Shown here one piece after another: positions 1 through 13,600 of a DNA stretch of 64,000 nt. This stretch comes from Marsupella aquatica (taxonomy: Eukaryota; Plantae; Marchantiophyta): NCBI GenBank assembly GCA_973895155.1, contig OZ316891.1, positions 22,587,884 through 22,651,883 of the forward strand, read 5' to 3'. The number at the start of each line of letters is the position of its first letter. Position 1 is the stretch's first letter. Both the position numbers and the translations under genes were made by a program. The notes below the pieces were generated by a model. It did no database searches and was not told the origin of the DNA. It worked only from the letters and a program-made list of their open reading frames with translations.

Positions 1-150
1 TTCAAAGGACACGCTCACGACGCTCATGCGAAGTTTCCTTACATTACGCTAGGGATGTCCTTGGATTGATTCTATGAACAGCGATGTGTATCTTGCGGTC
101 CTTCCCGCGGAATGGATGATACTATGATAGTTCCAGGCGAGCTAAAATGG

Positions 151-1545
151 CTATGATGCGTCTAATTTGAGTTGATACAGAGCTTCGTCGAGTTCAGGTT
201 CAGCAAAAAGTCCGGGAGTCCATTTCATTCTCACAAGGGACTTGATGGCGTCCCGCAGAGTAAAGTAATCTTCCATGGCGTTGTAGAGTTGATGAGACAC
301 TCGTGCGTACGCCTTGATCCCTGGACATTGTGAGACTTGATCAGCCAGTTGCTGATCTTCGTCTGGCACATAATGGAGCGGTACCTCAACATGGAATTTG
401 TGTCGCAGAAGCGTTCTCAATTCCAATCCTTCCTCGAACGACCGAATATTTAGTGCGGGAGGTACTCCGACCATGACCATCGAGGTCACCATCTCTGGCG
501 GGGTCCCTACGACTGTTCTCCACTCCCGAGCGAGCATTTTTCCTACGGTCAGAACCGAATTGTGATTAAAAGTTCTCACCAAGTCGATCCCGCCGAGCTC
601 CTCAACAAATTCGACCGCTGAAGGAATCGACAAGATTGCCGAGTAGTCCCTGGTGCCTGTCCAATAGCATTCAGCATCTAATCCTTTGCCATACTGGCTC
701 GAAACGACGGGGTGGTGAAGTCTAGAGAGATGCTGAGGTTTGCAGTGAAAGAACGCGACAGTGGGAGGAGTGAAAAACCACTTGTGAAGGTTACTTGAGT
801 AGTAATCGGCGTCTATTTCTCGCACGTCTACCGAGACATTCCCGAAGGCGTGCGCCCCGTCCACGAAAACCTGCTCCACGCCATGACGTCGAGCTAGGGC
901 TACCATTTCTCTCACAGGGAGCAAAACCGCAGGCATGGAGGTGATGTGATCGATCACAGCGAAACGAATCACCATGCCCGGATTCTCGTCTCTCAATTCA
1001 TGAAGGGAATTTTGAAAACATTTTAAAACTTGAGAAGCCGAAGAGACAGGAAAGGGGATCTTTGCATAAACCACTCGACCGCCTGCTTTGTTAATGATAC
1101 CCTCCAAGCACGCCTTCACAGCGCCGTATGCGAAATTCAGTAGTAGAACAGCATCTCCCTTTTGGAATCGTCCCTCCACGAAATCCCATACCAGGTCCTG
1201 AGCAAGCATGGCCACCGCGGTTGTGACATTGTCCAACAACACTACTTCCTCCACGCTGTCCGCGCCGATCCTCTCTGCAATGGCAGCTCGAGACTTGTTC
1301 GTGTCAATTTCCAAGTCATAGTTGACGAAAGCGTCCGGCTGCTTGAGATATTGGGCCTTCCACTCCGCCTGTGCGGCTTGCACCAGCGCGGGGCAGCTTC
1401 CGAAGCTGCCATTGTTCAGCCGCGCCACTCCCTTCGCGTGGTGTGCAAACTGCCGGGCTCTTATGCCTCGCAACGACAACCCTGGCTGGAGAATATGTCC
1501 CCATGCCCCTCCTCCTTGCGCATCGGTGCCGACACCTTTGTCCAT
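151..1545 (-). CDS. LCD: L-cysteine desulfhydrase / isopenicillin N epimerase-like PLP enzyme (aminotransferase class V), intronless CDS
   Basis: 464-aa ORF with FAHHxxGVARLNNGSFGSCP, IDHITS, FVDGAH, the PLP-lysine motif YSSNLHKW and WTGTRDYS, all typical of plant LCD-like proteins. The true start is uncertain because there are several nearby upstream ATGs. Confidence 0.88.
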   Translation of the reverse strand: MDKGVGTDAQGGGAWGHILQPGLSLRGIRARQFAHHAKGVARLNNGSFGSCPALVQAAQAEWKAQYLKQPDAFVNYDLEIDTNKSRAAIAERIGADSVEEVVLLDNVTTAVAMLAQDLVWDFVEGRFQKGDAVLLLNFAYGAVKACLEGIINKAGGRVVYAKIPFPVSSASQVLKCFQNSLHELRDENPGMVIRFAVIDHITSMPAVLLPVREMVALARRHGVEQVFVDGAHAFGNVSVDVREIDADYYSSNLHKWFFTPPTVAFFHCKPQHLSRLHHPVVSSQYGKGLDAECYWTGTRDYSAILSIPSAVEFVEELGGIDLVRTFNHNSVLTVGKMLAREWRTVVGTPPEMVTSMVMVGVPPALNIRSFEEGLELRTLLRHKFHVEVPLHYVPDEDQQLADQVSQCPGIKAYARVSHQLYNAMEDYFTLRDAIKSLVRMKWTPGLFAEPELDEALYQLKLDAS

Positions 1546-1728
1546 TCATTTGCCTCCATCTCAATCTCGATGAAGTCAAACCAAGCAGGGAGCTACGGCT
1601 GCATGCTGCTGATCGGATCCTCCTTTCCTATTGAAGCAAACAAATGGGTTCATGAACAAGTAGTACATCCACAGCTGCAGTCCGTATCGAGAAGCTAAAG
1701 CAACTTGTAGCGCGACACGAAGAAGCTC

Positions 1729-1760
1729 CTCTTCTCTTCTCTTCTCTTCTCTTCTCTTCT
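1729..1760. repeat. (CTTCT)n microsatellite in the LCD 5' region
   Basis: About six perfect CTTCT units are visible directly. Confidence 0.9.
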
Positions 1761-1794
1761 GTCCGGGAGAAAGTTTACAGCAGAGCCATGCGCG

Positions 1795-2450
1795 TCACTA
1801 AACTTTGAAGCTCTCCGGTGAACCAAAACTTCGATAGTTCAGACTGCATGCTAATCTTCTACTGCAAAGCACCGGTCAAGTACACAACGATACATCCTTC
1901 TCGTATCGCGGCACGACACAGTCGACAAGGCTCTGTCTGCAAATTTAGTCCCGCTTTCCTTGCCGGGACTAAAATTACATCGGAGCCGTGCACCACACTA
2001 AACTTTGAAGCTCTGCGGTGAACGAAACCCCGATAGTTTAGACTGCATGCTTACCCTTCTGATTGGAAGCACCGAAGCATCGTCCTCGTCCGCTCGACGT
2101 GCTCGCCGGAAGCAAAATTGCGGGCGTGAGAACAAAGATCAATAATCAACAGAGCTTCAGCTCACAAAGATCAATAATCAACAGAGCTTCAGCTCATTCC
2201 CGCATGTTTGTCGTCGGTCTGCTCTCCGCGGCGGAAGCAGAGCACGAGAGAACACATCGAGAAGCACAGAAGAGGCCGTAGCGCAGTGCTGCGACACCGC
2301 GCCACGCAATTGCGCGATTCGATTTGTTACGGGGTTTCCTGAAGAGCTCGATGATCAAACTTTCTGCCCTTCGTGATGTTTTCCAACTAGCCTCATTTCT
2401 GTCTCTGAAGAGCTCGATGATCAAATTTTCTGCCCTTCGTGATTTTTCAC
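1795..2450. repeat. Cluster of local direct repeats upstream of LCD
   Basis: cactaaactttgaagctct..gactgcatgct occurs at ~1796 and ~1996. acaaagatcaataatcaacagagcttcagctca occurs twice (~2132-2196). tgaagagctcgatgatcaaa..tctgcccttcgtgat occurs twice (~2340, ~2406). Confidence 0.8.
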
Positions 2451-2511
2451 ACGTGCTCTGTCCACCGTAAATAGTGTTACTATACAATTAGTGTGACCAC
2501 CAAAATTACAG

Positions 2512-3696
2512 TGACTCCCACACTCAAGGGAGAGAATGAAAGAAAAGATGTTGTGGTTGGGATAAAGATGTCAAGGTGACTCCCACACTCAATGAGAGAA
2601 TGAAAGAAAAGGATCTTGTGGTCGGGATAAAGATGTCAAGGTGAGTAAAATATCATGTATAATTGGTGTAGTCATGTCATGATTGCAGATCAAAGCGTCA
2701 TTTTGGTGCATGGTTGTTGTTGCGACAATGTTGTTATTGTGAAACTGATGTTGTTATTGTGAAACTGATGTTGATTGGGAGGGTGAGCACGTGGAGAGGG
2801 GTGGGGGGGGGAATTCAAGACTGGTAAGAATGTCCGGGCCATTGTGGGGCCTTGGTGGGGTTGTGGATGCTATGTGAAGGGAGAATATTAAATAAGTTTT
2901 TCTTGCCTCTCTATTTTCCCCTCTAGCTCCCCCATGCTCTCCCTTTCCTTCCTCCTGCTGTCCCCCCCCTTGCCCTCCTAGGGCCTAGTCCTTCCCCCTC
3001 CTCCTTTTCTTCCCTTCAACACCATTAAAATGAGGGAAAATTTGGAAAGAAAAGACAAATTTTACCTCCAAAAGATGAAATTCCCTTCTCATGAACGAAA
3101 ACCAAAAACTTAGTCATGTCTATCTACATCCCCTTTAGTGCTAGCTCCAAAATTCTCTCTCAAGTTCAACCTATGTCCACTTTAATACTCAAAAAATTTC
3201 AAACTTGTCAAAATGTTCTCAAAGCTATTTTCACTTTAATGCTCCATGCCGAGACAACTTTAATGCTTCATGCAGGAAAATACTCTAAGCAAGCTATAAA
3301 ATAGCCACAGTAGCATAGTCATGTACTTGCATCGTCATGTACCCTGTCACACATACTATACCCTGCTATCTACCTAAAACACAATTGGATGCCCTTGTCA
3401 GTCAATCCAAGAGTTTAAAACAACCTTGCACAACATTTGATGGCAAACTATTGTTCCTTCCTTTTTCACTTTTGTAAAGGACAAAAATTGGCGAGATTTG
3501 TTATTATAGTAGTAGATTCTCAATCTGCCATATTCAAAGCAAACAAAATTGGCGGGATTTGTTGTTATAGTAGTAGATTCTCAAATTGCCATATTCAAAC
3601 AAACACCTGCCTCGATTCTCTATGCAACTAGTGTGACAAACACTAACTGGAGTGTAAAGGACTATGCAACTAGTGTGACAAACACTAACTGGAGTG
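2512..3696. repeat. Intergenic segment with several short tandem duplications (possible TE relic)
   Basis: gtgactcccacactcaa..gggataaagatgtcaag x2 (2512-2642); acaaaattggcg..tgccatattcaaa x2 (~3481-3600); ctatgcaactagtgtgacaaacactaactggagtg x2 (~3620-3696). Confidence 0.65.
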
Positions 3697-4566
3697 GCCA
3701 GTGTAGCCTGATTGTAAAAACCTTGCACATCAAAGGATCCCCCCTTATGTTTTGTTCATTTTTGCCCCCATCCCACTTTGCACCCTCATTTTCAATTATG
3801 CCCTCATTTAGAATTACCATCTAGAGCTTCACTCTCCACTAGAGGAAGTAGCTTTTGTTCACACTTTATTAGTTAGATTGTCACAGGTTTGTTTCAACAG
3901 CTTGATTATCAAACTTACTGCCCTTTGCATATTTTTCCCGTTTGTCACAGGTTGTTCTGAAGAGCTCCACAACCAAACTTTCTGCCCTTCGTGATATTTT
4001 TCAATTTGTCACTGGTTTTTCTAAAGAGCTCGATTATCAAAATTAATGCCCTTAGTGTTTTTTCTGTTAGTATTTGTATTTTTCAGGGCATTTTGGTAGC
4101 ATAATGGCTCAATCAAGAATTAGATCACCTGTTTAGGAAGGTTCTCCTCCACTTTTATTAAAGTTTAGAAAAAGTAAAAATCTCTCAGGCCTTTAAGTAT
4201 AGTAAGGTCCTGTTTCCCCAACAGTCCCTCCAAACTCAAGCTCAAGCTCTCGTTTTTGGGGGCATAATATAATGGACTCTAAACAGGACTTTACTGTACA
4301 CCTACTGCCCCTTTGTGATTTTCACTTTGTATGGTACAGGGCATTTAGGAGCAATATGGGCAATAAATGCCCCTCAAAACTCAAGCAGAAGCTTATATGA
4401 AGATATGAAGTTTTTGCTCTTGTGCCATGTCCCCCTGGAAAGAAAACAACTTTACTCCCGAGTTCAGCCTTGGCTTCTCCACACACACTTTATTTATACA
4501 AGGGTTTGATTATGCATCGCAAATTTAAATTAACGTGTTGAGAATCAAAGATCCTGTCCTAACTAC

Positions 4567-4585
4567 GGGGGGGGGGGGGGGGGGG
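4567..4585. repeat. poly-G tract
   Basis: A run of ~19 G just past the IFT172 stop codon. Confidence 0.85.
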
Positions 4586-4668
4586 CGGTTGTTGGTTCAT
4601 TTCATCATTGGTCTAGAAATTGGGTGGTCCCAAATGTCCCTTTATCTTGCAATGGTTTGTAGAGAACT

Positions 4669-7600
4669 TTAGTTGGGAGTTGGCATGTTCAATTCGTTTT
4701 GGCACCAAGGACAAAAGTGGCACTTGCTAACAAAGTTGTTCCAATCGTCTTTGTTAGAAGGGGTTTGACATAGATGACATTGCTCCCTGTCTACCTCCAA
4801 TACTGGGAATCCAGTCACACAACAAGCTTCGCTCTCAATCTTCTCTTGCCAATAATGCCAGATGCAAAACACCCAAACCACTTTGTTAGTGTATGACATA
4901 TAGCATGGGTTCTCATTTATTAGTCCCTTGCAATCAAGTCAAATTGGAACTCCAGTTCAATTAGTGATCTACAAGTGTTCAACTTTTATACCAGACAAAG
5001 GACCGGTGGGCAACCACTCCTACTCCTGCTATTCTCATAATCTTGTGCCCATAAACTTTTAGCCAGGTAACCTTTTTCCGGACACAAATTATGCACCAAA
5101 ACCAATGTCTAGGCAGAAGTTCTAGACTATAACCCTGCGTCTGGACTGTTCGAAAAAGCATCCAGACTGCCGGTCAGCTTGTTCTCCCATTCCAGACACA
5201 GGGCTAGAGCCTAGTAACCGCCACCCAGACCTCGGTTATCCTATGCATCCACTATCATGAAATAAGTCATTCCAAGACTATGACACTCGTGAACATACCT
5301 TGCATGAAAAGCAAATAAGGCTGGCTGCATAGATCTCAGTCCCACAAGTATCACAATTTCTGGAAGGCAAACTCCTCTTGACCTGTGGGCATAGAGTAGC
5401 CAGGGACAAAGTTTTCAATAAATAAACTGATGCTTGTGCAGTATAGGTAATAGATTGTAATCATACACGGAGTACTGTTTGGAGCCTTGACCAAGTGCGA
5501 TGTACTCATCAAAGAATCCAAACCCGGAGGTAAAATCCAAGCACAAGTTCAAACCATTGTGAACTAGATATCCAGTCATGCGTTCAGTCTCTTGCTATCC
5601 AACTGCGATAACTTTGAATGGAAGTGGATGTTTCTGTCTGTTATTTGATAATTGGAAGTGGACTCGACATCGATATGCATCGATAGGTGTTTCTGTGATT
5701 TTCCAAAAGGCATAAGAAGGCTAAGTGAGATCGGGCATGCTCTCCTTCAACCAGGTCTGATGAAAATTTTCATCGTGAATCTTGCGTCTGATAAAACTTG
5801 TGGGGACTTGAAATTGGCAAGAAGCTGTGGTTAGGTCTGCAAAATTCCTTTCGGATCTACATGAGCAATCTAGGCTAAATCAAGCATACCGGGCCAAATT
5901 GACTGCAACTCCAAAACTAGAAAGCCACTTTTACTTACAAGTGATTGATCTGAAAACATCGTCTGTCAAGGTCCAAATGTTTGTTATGGCAATCATAGAA
6001 GATCTCACCTGCTGGTCAAGGCTGAGCTGAATAACCCAATCTCGGACCTCCTCTCGTTTGTGTTCTTCAAAAGAGAGTCATGCCATCATAGAGTATACAC
6101 ATGAGTCTCACTGTCACTTCCAACCCATGAATGACAGACGGGTCGTGTTCATGTGTGTCTGATTAGCCCGAGTACATTTATAGAGTCTTCTTGCAATGGG
6201 TTTGTAGGATATGCATTTGGCTCCAACGGGTATATATCTAGACCAATTATGAAAGGTGGGGACTCTCTTGAGCACCTAAAACTTCAATCTGGTACAGACA
6301 CTGTTAACACACTTAGCTCCAATCTAGAGAATGATGCTAATTATCCACTCCTCAAGAGTCCTTTTGAAGATCTCTCAATACGACAGACATAGTGGTATCT
6401 CAGTGAATGTTATCTACAATGTTCTCTTGAAGTCAGATCAAGGTCAAAGTTAATTAAAAAACGCACCTTCAAGAAAATGTTTCTCTGGAATGGGGAAATC
6501 ATGATGGATGTCGCTTGACTCAAATCCAGTGCTGTCAATTATGGCCCGGTCCGAAGACTCCTCCATGGCTTCCGTTATGTCTAAGTAGCGATTCAGGAAC
6601 ATGAATGCCATATCCAGCCAACCCATCTGCATTCTCTTTCGAACAGTCAAGGATAGGGGGCAAAATCCACCTCATCCATAGTGTGTACTTGAGTTACACA
6701 CAGCAACTCAAGGTCAAGACAAGTCGACTGAGTGAAAGATACAATTACCTCCGTGCATTTACAATCTCATGATGGATTTTACTTCAGTAAACGACTCGAG
6801 TAGATTGTCCGTTAACAAACCAAGTCAGTGGTGGCCTACCTGTTTGCAGGCCATGCCCGCTTCGTAGAAGACCTTGTCTGCAGGTATGATACCAGCATAA
6901 CGCAGAAGAGATATGGCGAGCTTGGCTTCAATCTCTTCCAAGCCCTGCTTTCAATGTCATTTACATGATGAGTAGACGTCAGTTATCTTTAGACCTGATC
7001 GTCATAGAATTGCAAAATGTATCTTCTAATTTAGCTCTTGTTAAATCTGGCCCCCTTCATTTTAACCGACGGTGCAATTTAGTTTTGGTGAAGGGGGCAT
7101 GCCTTGAGGAGCCGAAATCATCGTGCAGTTTTGTAACGATATTTACAACGAATTATCCAATCCATGAGTTCTGTTCTGGAGAAATATGTACCTTAGTCCT
7201 ACACGTGTAGCGTAGAGCATTGAAATGGGCGACCATCAGCAGCGTCTTCAGCTCTATGACATCTATCATCACAACAGCGGTCACTTTATCAGCATCTCAC
7301 ACCTTAAGACCTCTCTTCATTTCAACCAGTGAAGGGTTAAACAGAAGAAATGAGAATATGTTTAGAATTCACTCTCAGTCTCCTTGCCTAGATCTTACGG
7401 ACTTAGAATGATTATCTTACTTACTTGATAGTCCTCCCTTGGTTTCCGGGGAGGTAGTCGCTAGTTGATACAAGATGTTGCGAAGGCTCTGCAAATCCAT
7501 ACAATCATCAACAGTTCCCATTTTTTTGGCATCACAGCGTTGACCCGAATGAAGTGAGATGTGCATTTCGTGGATTGTTTTGATCAGCCAGACTCGCAAC

Positions 7601-10600
7601 CAATACAGAAACATAGGACTTTACTAGATCGAAAGCATGTGCAAGCAGGATAAGATGAATCACATGGTCAGGAATCTGTCATCATTGTCAACTAGAATCT
7701 AGGTTCTCAAAATCACGAACCGCACCACCCACCCCACATGGACAACATCAGATTAAAACACGGGAACCTTGTCACATGATTGAATGGAGCAGGTATGCAA
7801 TATACCTGGACTGATTTTTCGTCTGGCAAGTTATTCTTATCATAGCTGAATATTTGATTTGCAATGGATCTACAAAGATCATAAGTTGGTTGTGTCACTG
7901 GTACACCATACTGTGTAAGAATCTCCAAGGCTTCTGAGCACTGTCATCACATGGTAAATAGTCAGGCTCGCACTAAGTAGAAGGACAAGTGAAAGGCACC
8001 ACCACCACACCACCAGCAAAATACTGATAGATATAACTTTTCCTTTACTCAAATCTTATAACAGTTCAACGGAAATATTAGCATTGATTCATGTTGACGT
8101 AAAGCTTTAAGTTAGCTTCTAGGAGATTAAAATAACACTAAAGGTGATCATCCTCTCAGGTTCCTGACCCTCATCCGTCATCAAACATCACACGTGTTCC
8201 CCATACCTCCCCAACCCTCGGAAACAAAAGAGCTACTTACTGTACCCATTAGCGAGGAGAAACAGTGGGGCTACAGTAGTAATATTACGGTGTACCACAT
8301 GTAAGAAAGAAAGGTAACCTTATTGTGTAGTACGCAATGTTGGGCATGACGAAATGAGAATTCTTTTGTTGTGTCTTTACCAAGAAGCGCTGCAAATTCG
8401 TGCACCTGCAGAGAAGAATTAGATTTCATTAGTCCTTGAAAGAACATGCAGAATTTGATTATGAAAAATGAATTCAACCAGTCAGCTTCAGGAGGTCATA
8501 AAAATTAGAATGGCTCTTCAAGATATAGAACTAAATCTGACCTTTGTCCATTGTTCACGCTGAAAGAAGAGCTCCAAGGCCTCTAATATGTTCCCTGTCT
8601 TGACAAGTTCTTCTGCTGCGCCTTTCTCTTTCAAGTAATCTTTGTACAGGTCTTCTACATGCTATGTTGGTCCATTGTGAAGGGACGGGTTGGGTCAGGT
8701 TCTAAGCAGGGTTGACAAACGGCTCTCCAAGGTTATAATGCAATTGTTTCAATAAGTGCTACTCTTAGTAATACTCTGGACAGCTATTCGTGAAGCAAAG
8801 TAGAAAACATTCATAAATCCTCCATGCATTTGATCCTCACCCTCAAGAAAATTGAAGCAAATTTACGAAGAGACCAAGAGGTGTCCAATTTAGCCACAAA
8901 AGCAAATTGATCGGTTTGGTTTCAAATATTCAATTCATATGCTGTGTTGGCATGTTACTGTCGCAGAATTGGCCCGTTTCCGGATAAACTATTACTACAC
9001 AAAAAGCCCACCTTCAAAAAGCGCGGCAAGAAAATGGGAAAGCGACCAACCTGCTGTAGGAGTGGGGTTGTGGAGCTTGCTATCTTTCGTGCGTTCTCCC
9101 AAAGTCCAGCAACAATGTACATTTCTGCAGCCTGGGGATGTATGGACAGACGTATTTGTGAAACAAGAAGACTGATTAATCATGAGAACCAAAAGCAGGT
9201 ACAGTGCGTAAGAAGCCAACGCAATGATCAGATGAGAATGAATGATTCAGTAAATAACACTGAAGTTCATAGTGATCCACCACCCGCCGCACCCCTTCTC
9301 CCCCAACTTTCCCTTCAAGAGAGAGGTCAGCTTTAAAAAGTTGGGTCAGTTGGAGGATCAAACCTCTCTCGCTGCTCCAATATCTTCATATAAAGAACCA
9401 GCGTCTTCAAAACTGCCAGCCTTTTTCAGCCGTTTTGCCACTATGCCGACCACTTCTTCGACACGAGTTTGTACAAAACCTTTCGCCAATTTTATGGCAG
9501 TTTTCCAGACCTGAATATTCGTAGAAAGGACTTGACATTAGATCGCCATACGTGCCTTTCCAGTTACAGCTGAATGGACTTAATCTTTTAGTTCCATATA
9601 AATTGAATTGTGAGTATGATGTATAAGGTTGTGAACGAAACATCTACTTACTCACGAAGCAATTTTAACACTTGATTTCAAAGCATGCTTTTCACCTCTT
9701 CAAACTGGCAGTAATTCTATTCGAGCCCCGCACAATTTCGGTGTATGGAGAGGAATACATGGAAAGTCCTACGGGAGCAGTAGAAGCTAGAAAAGCGATG
9801 GAACTGGAAAGACAAGAAGCGAGTAATGTTCATTACCTGCTGTAGATCTTTAAGATTGGGTATGAGGTTCACGTCAAGTTGAAGGTAAACATCTATTGCT
9901 GCCGAGTAGTCTAGCCCATGTTCCAGTGCTCTTGCTCGAGCCAAAATGCTTTCCGCAGTATCGGATCCTCCATTGCGTCTGCAAAAGTAATTTAACTTGA
10001 AGTGATCTCAAAGTCCACAGTCTCCCAAACAAGGGAAGGTAGAAAACGGAAAGGACAATAGTATCAAAATGTAGAAGCCTACTTTTGAATTTTCTTACTT
10101 TCAATTCCCATTCCCTTGTAGAATTTCCAACACTTGCTCGGTCCTCAGAAGCCAAAGCATTGAATTGAATCATAAACGAAGGACATAAGATGCTGTCTTA
10201 AGCGGCAATGAAAGAAGACAATTTTAACGGAAGACCTTCCTCACGTAAACAAGAAGGGATGTCCATCAACCGAGGTATCCCAGGGAGTTCCCTTCTAGTT
10301 AGCACAAGTACTAATTTCCGTGATAAACAGTCCAACGATCTTGTCTAAGTGTTAACACTAAGGCATGTTAAAAGGGTCCACCTTTGCATAAAATACGCCA
10401 GTTCCGAGTGCACTTCAGAAACATTTAACGGTAAGTATTTCTCTGCAACGCGAATAGCATCATCCCATTTCAGCGCGTCTTTGTACATTTTCAATGCAAG
10501 GTCCGCTTTTCTGGCCTGCCCAACACGCAAGGGATTAAAATCGATCGCTGTAGTCGTCTCTCAAACACTTCAAGTAAAGAGGTTTTCGCCTCGACTGACG

Positions 10601-13600
10601 AGTTGATAATGCGAGCCACCAAATATCTTGAGAATTGTTCATAACTCCTGTGCTCCACTCACGTCCATGTTTCAAGTTTACCTTGATGAAGACGGCTTCT
10701 GCTTTTACATACTCCTTTTGCGTGGTCAGCGCACGTCCTTGAGCAACCTGCACACCACTCGATGCTCTGTCATGGTTACTTGAACGAAACAGTGAGGGTC
10801 TTAGTCTTCTTGTGTCTGTCGCTCTCGTCCCAATTTGAAGAGATTGCAGAGTTGATCTGATATTGTCTTGTCACCCGTGAAAAACGGTGACTTTCTGATT
10901 ATTGAAACAAGTACTATACTCATGACCCACTAATGGAAAAATGTCTTGATGGCGGCATGAAAGACGATGCTGGTCATCCTGCACGTCCCATCTGAGTCAT
11001 TCTAATAAGTTTTACAGAATAGTACCACAGAGAAAAGTTGCTTTTCGTAAATCATTTTGAAATACGAAATTACCAAGGTATTTTGAAATACCTGAACATC
11101 AGTCATCGCAGCAGGATCACACAAGTCTGCTACTCGCATGGCAGCAGCCCAATCTTCTTGATGAATGTACATGTCAATGGCCTCCCGCGGCTTCCCTACT
11201 TTGATGAATGCATCCTCAGCTTCCCTAAATTGTCCCTCGTCTTCAAGGAACATTGCGTACTTCAATTGCACCTATTGGGAATAAAAAAGGAAAAGGATTT
11301 GTTGAAGTCACTGATCTTGTTAATGCTGCAGTATTGTGCCTGGAAGATTGACTTAAAAAGTAGGTTTGGCAGAGCCCTCTTGTGGAGGAATCACCAGCTC
11401 AGCAACTCTGATCCAATCACCTCCGGTGACTTTTCTCGATTGCTATTAGGGAGACCTACTTGAGTCCCACTACTTTTGGTATTTTGCCATGTTCTACAAA
11501 TCTGTCCATTAGGACTCCGTGGACTTGAAATTGATTAATTTCTTTACTCGTTGGTGCATTTCTTCAAACACTCTAGATTATCACAAAATCTACTCCAAAT
11601 TATCCTAACAACAATTCAAATGAACCTCTAAGCTATTGGCAACTGACTATCTGGAGAACTACATAGTCTGAACAGGCGCAGGGCCGATATCCACACAATA
11701 TAGTACACTTTCAAAATTCTTGCCAGAAAGGCCCAAGTGAAACCAGGTCAATCTTTTTTTATTTTCTGAAAGGTGAGGGTGCAACGAAAAGTAGGACATC
11801 AAAGTACAGTACTCATGTCAATTCTTGAGTACTGTCTTTTTGCAGTATATTTTCTATCCCAATGTTTAAGGTGTGTCTACCAGGAAATGCCACCTTACCG
11901 ATGTGCTCTTGCGACTAATACATTCCAAACCGATGCATTTCCGTACTTGAGATGAGAGTCAGGATTAACCTCGGGGAGCTTGTGTTTAAGCGAAGTCCGG
12001 CAAAGATCAAATGCATGTTCGAACGCTCCGGCCCCGGTTGCATACTCAATAGCCTGCTCAACTAGCCCCAGCTTCACAAGGAGCTGGCCCCCTGCCTCAC
12101 CTCCAAGCTTAACCGCCCACGCGTATGCAACCTGTTCCAGAATTTTTTCTTAATCTGTGAAATACGAACTGGGATACAACTAGAAAGACAGCAGAAGCGA
12201 TTGAGAAATGTGCTTGTACCTGTTTTGTACCATCGGTTCCTCCAAAAAGTTTTGCTACCCGCATGGCATCCTCCCACATGTTGCTTGCCATGTACATCTG
12301 CCGAGATTGTATAACAAAATCATTCAGGCAGATATCAAGGGTGTCCAACCAAATCGAAGCTAAAAACAGATCTACTCTCGTTCTGATCTGTGCTCTGTGG
12401 TGACAATGGACAATTTATGATTTTGAAGTGCTAGGAATGAAATGTACTAGCAATAATTCTGTTCATGAGTCGAAGAAAAAATGTCTGTTCACGAGTCAGG
12501 AAAAGTTGTTTGTAATCATTAACTCGACAAAGACTGTTCAATATTTTTAGTGAAGGGGTGCGGTACATGCAGTGACAACTGCTTTGCGTGCAATGACGAA
12601 TGGAGAAACAAAAATTTGTGGAATAGCCTGCGTAGCTTAGTTGTTGGCCCACCAAATGCACAGATTCTCATGAGGGAACGCTACCTTCACAGTGCTCTTC
12701 CAGTCTTGTGCGCCAATGTAATGCTGTTCAGCTTCCCTCAATGCACCTATAGTAGAATGGAAGAAAAAAATCTGAATTTGTGATCAAGTTGTATGGTAGA
12801 CTCCGGCAACTTTTCAAATACACAACTCTAATTAATGAAATGTATTTAAAGTCACCCACTCTAAATGGGCTAGTACAAGCTGGCAACGGAGCAGTTGACA
12901 AAGAGGAATACATGAACAAGTAATAATGGAAATGACATTTCCTTTACTTGATTGTTCAGAAGGGAAGACTCACCTTCATTCTCAAGTTGTTGTGCAAGAT
13001 GCAAGTGAGTCTCCGCTAGCAAGTCCTGAGATTCAAACATTAACAAACTCGATTGGGCTTCGAAGGTTCAATCAACTAAAATCAGAGAACAATTGCCTCA
13101 AGAGAGGATGAGTAAACGAAAGAATTCCTTATGCGTGGGGACTTGATTGAGACATAGGAGCAGAATGTTAATACTTCCCCGAATTGATACCGTAGTCGTA
13201 AATGAAAGAAGGGTAGCCAGAAAATACAGGAGAAATTAAAATTATCGATTCTCATGTTCATTAGATTTTCATTTTCAACTCAGGCATATATCCTAAGCCT
13301 GTCGCTGTAGAAAAACGGGGAAACCCGTCGTTCACACTTCAGCGTGGACACGAGAACAGTCTAAGTTCTATACAACAAAAGCCGATAAGGTTCGCGACCT
13401 TTCCGTAAGCCTGTCGTCTTTGAAAAATCATCAGTAAGGTAAGATTATAGTCTATATATGTCTACTTTAAGCCATCTCTTTTTATTTGACCGCCTACGAT
13501 TAAAAACCATAATGAGAATATTACTTTGCGGTGCTTTCCAACAAGGCGAATCATCTCGTCAAACATATGAGCTTTCTTGTACATGTTGATGGCAAGATCA

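Noticed and set aside
1162-1698. 178-aa plus-strand ORF
   Set aside because: It is largely the antisense shadow of the LCD CDS and has no recognisable motif.
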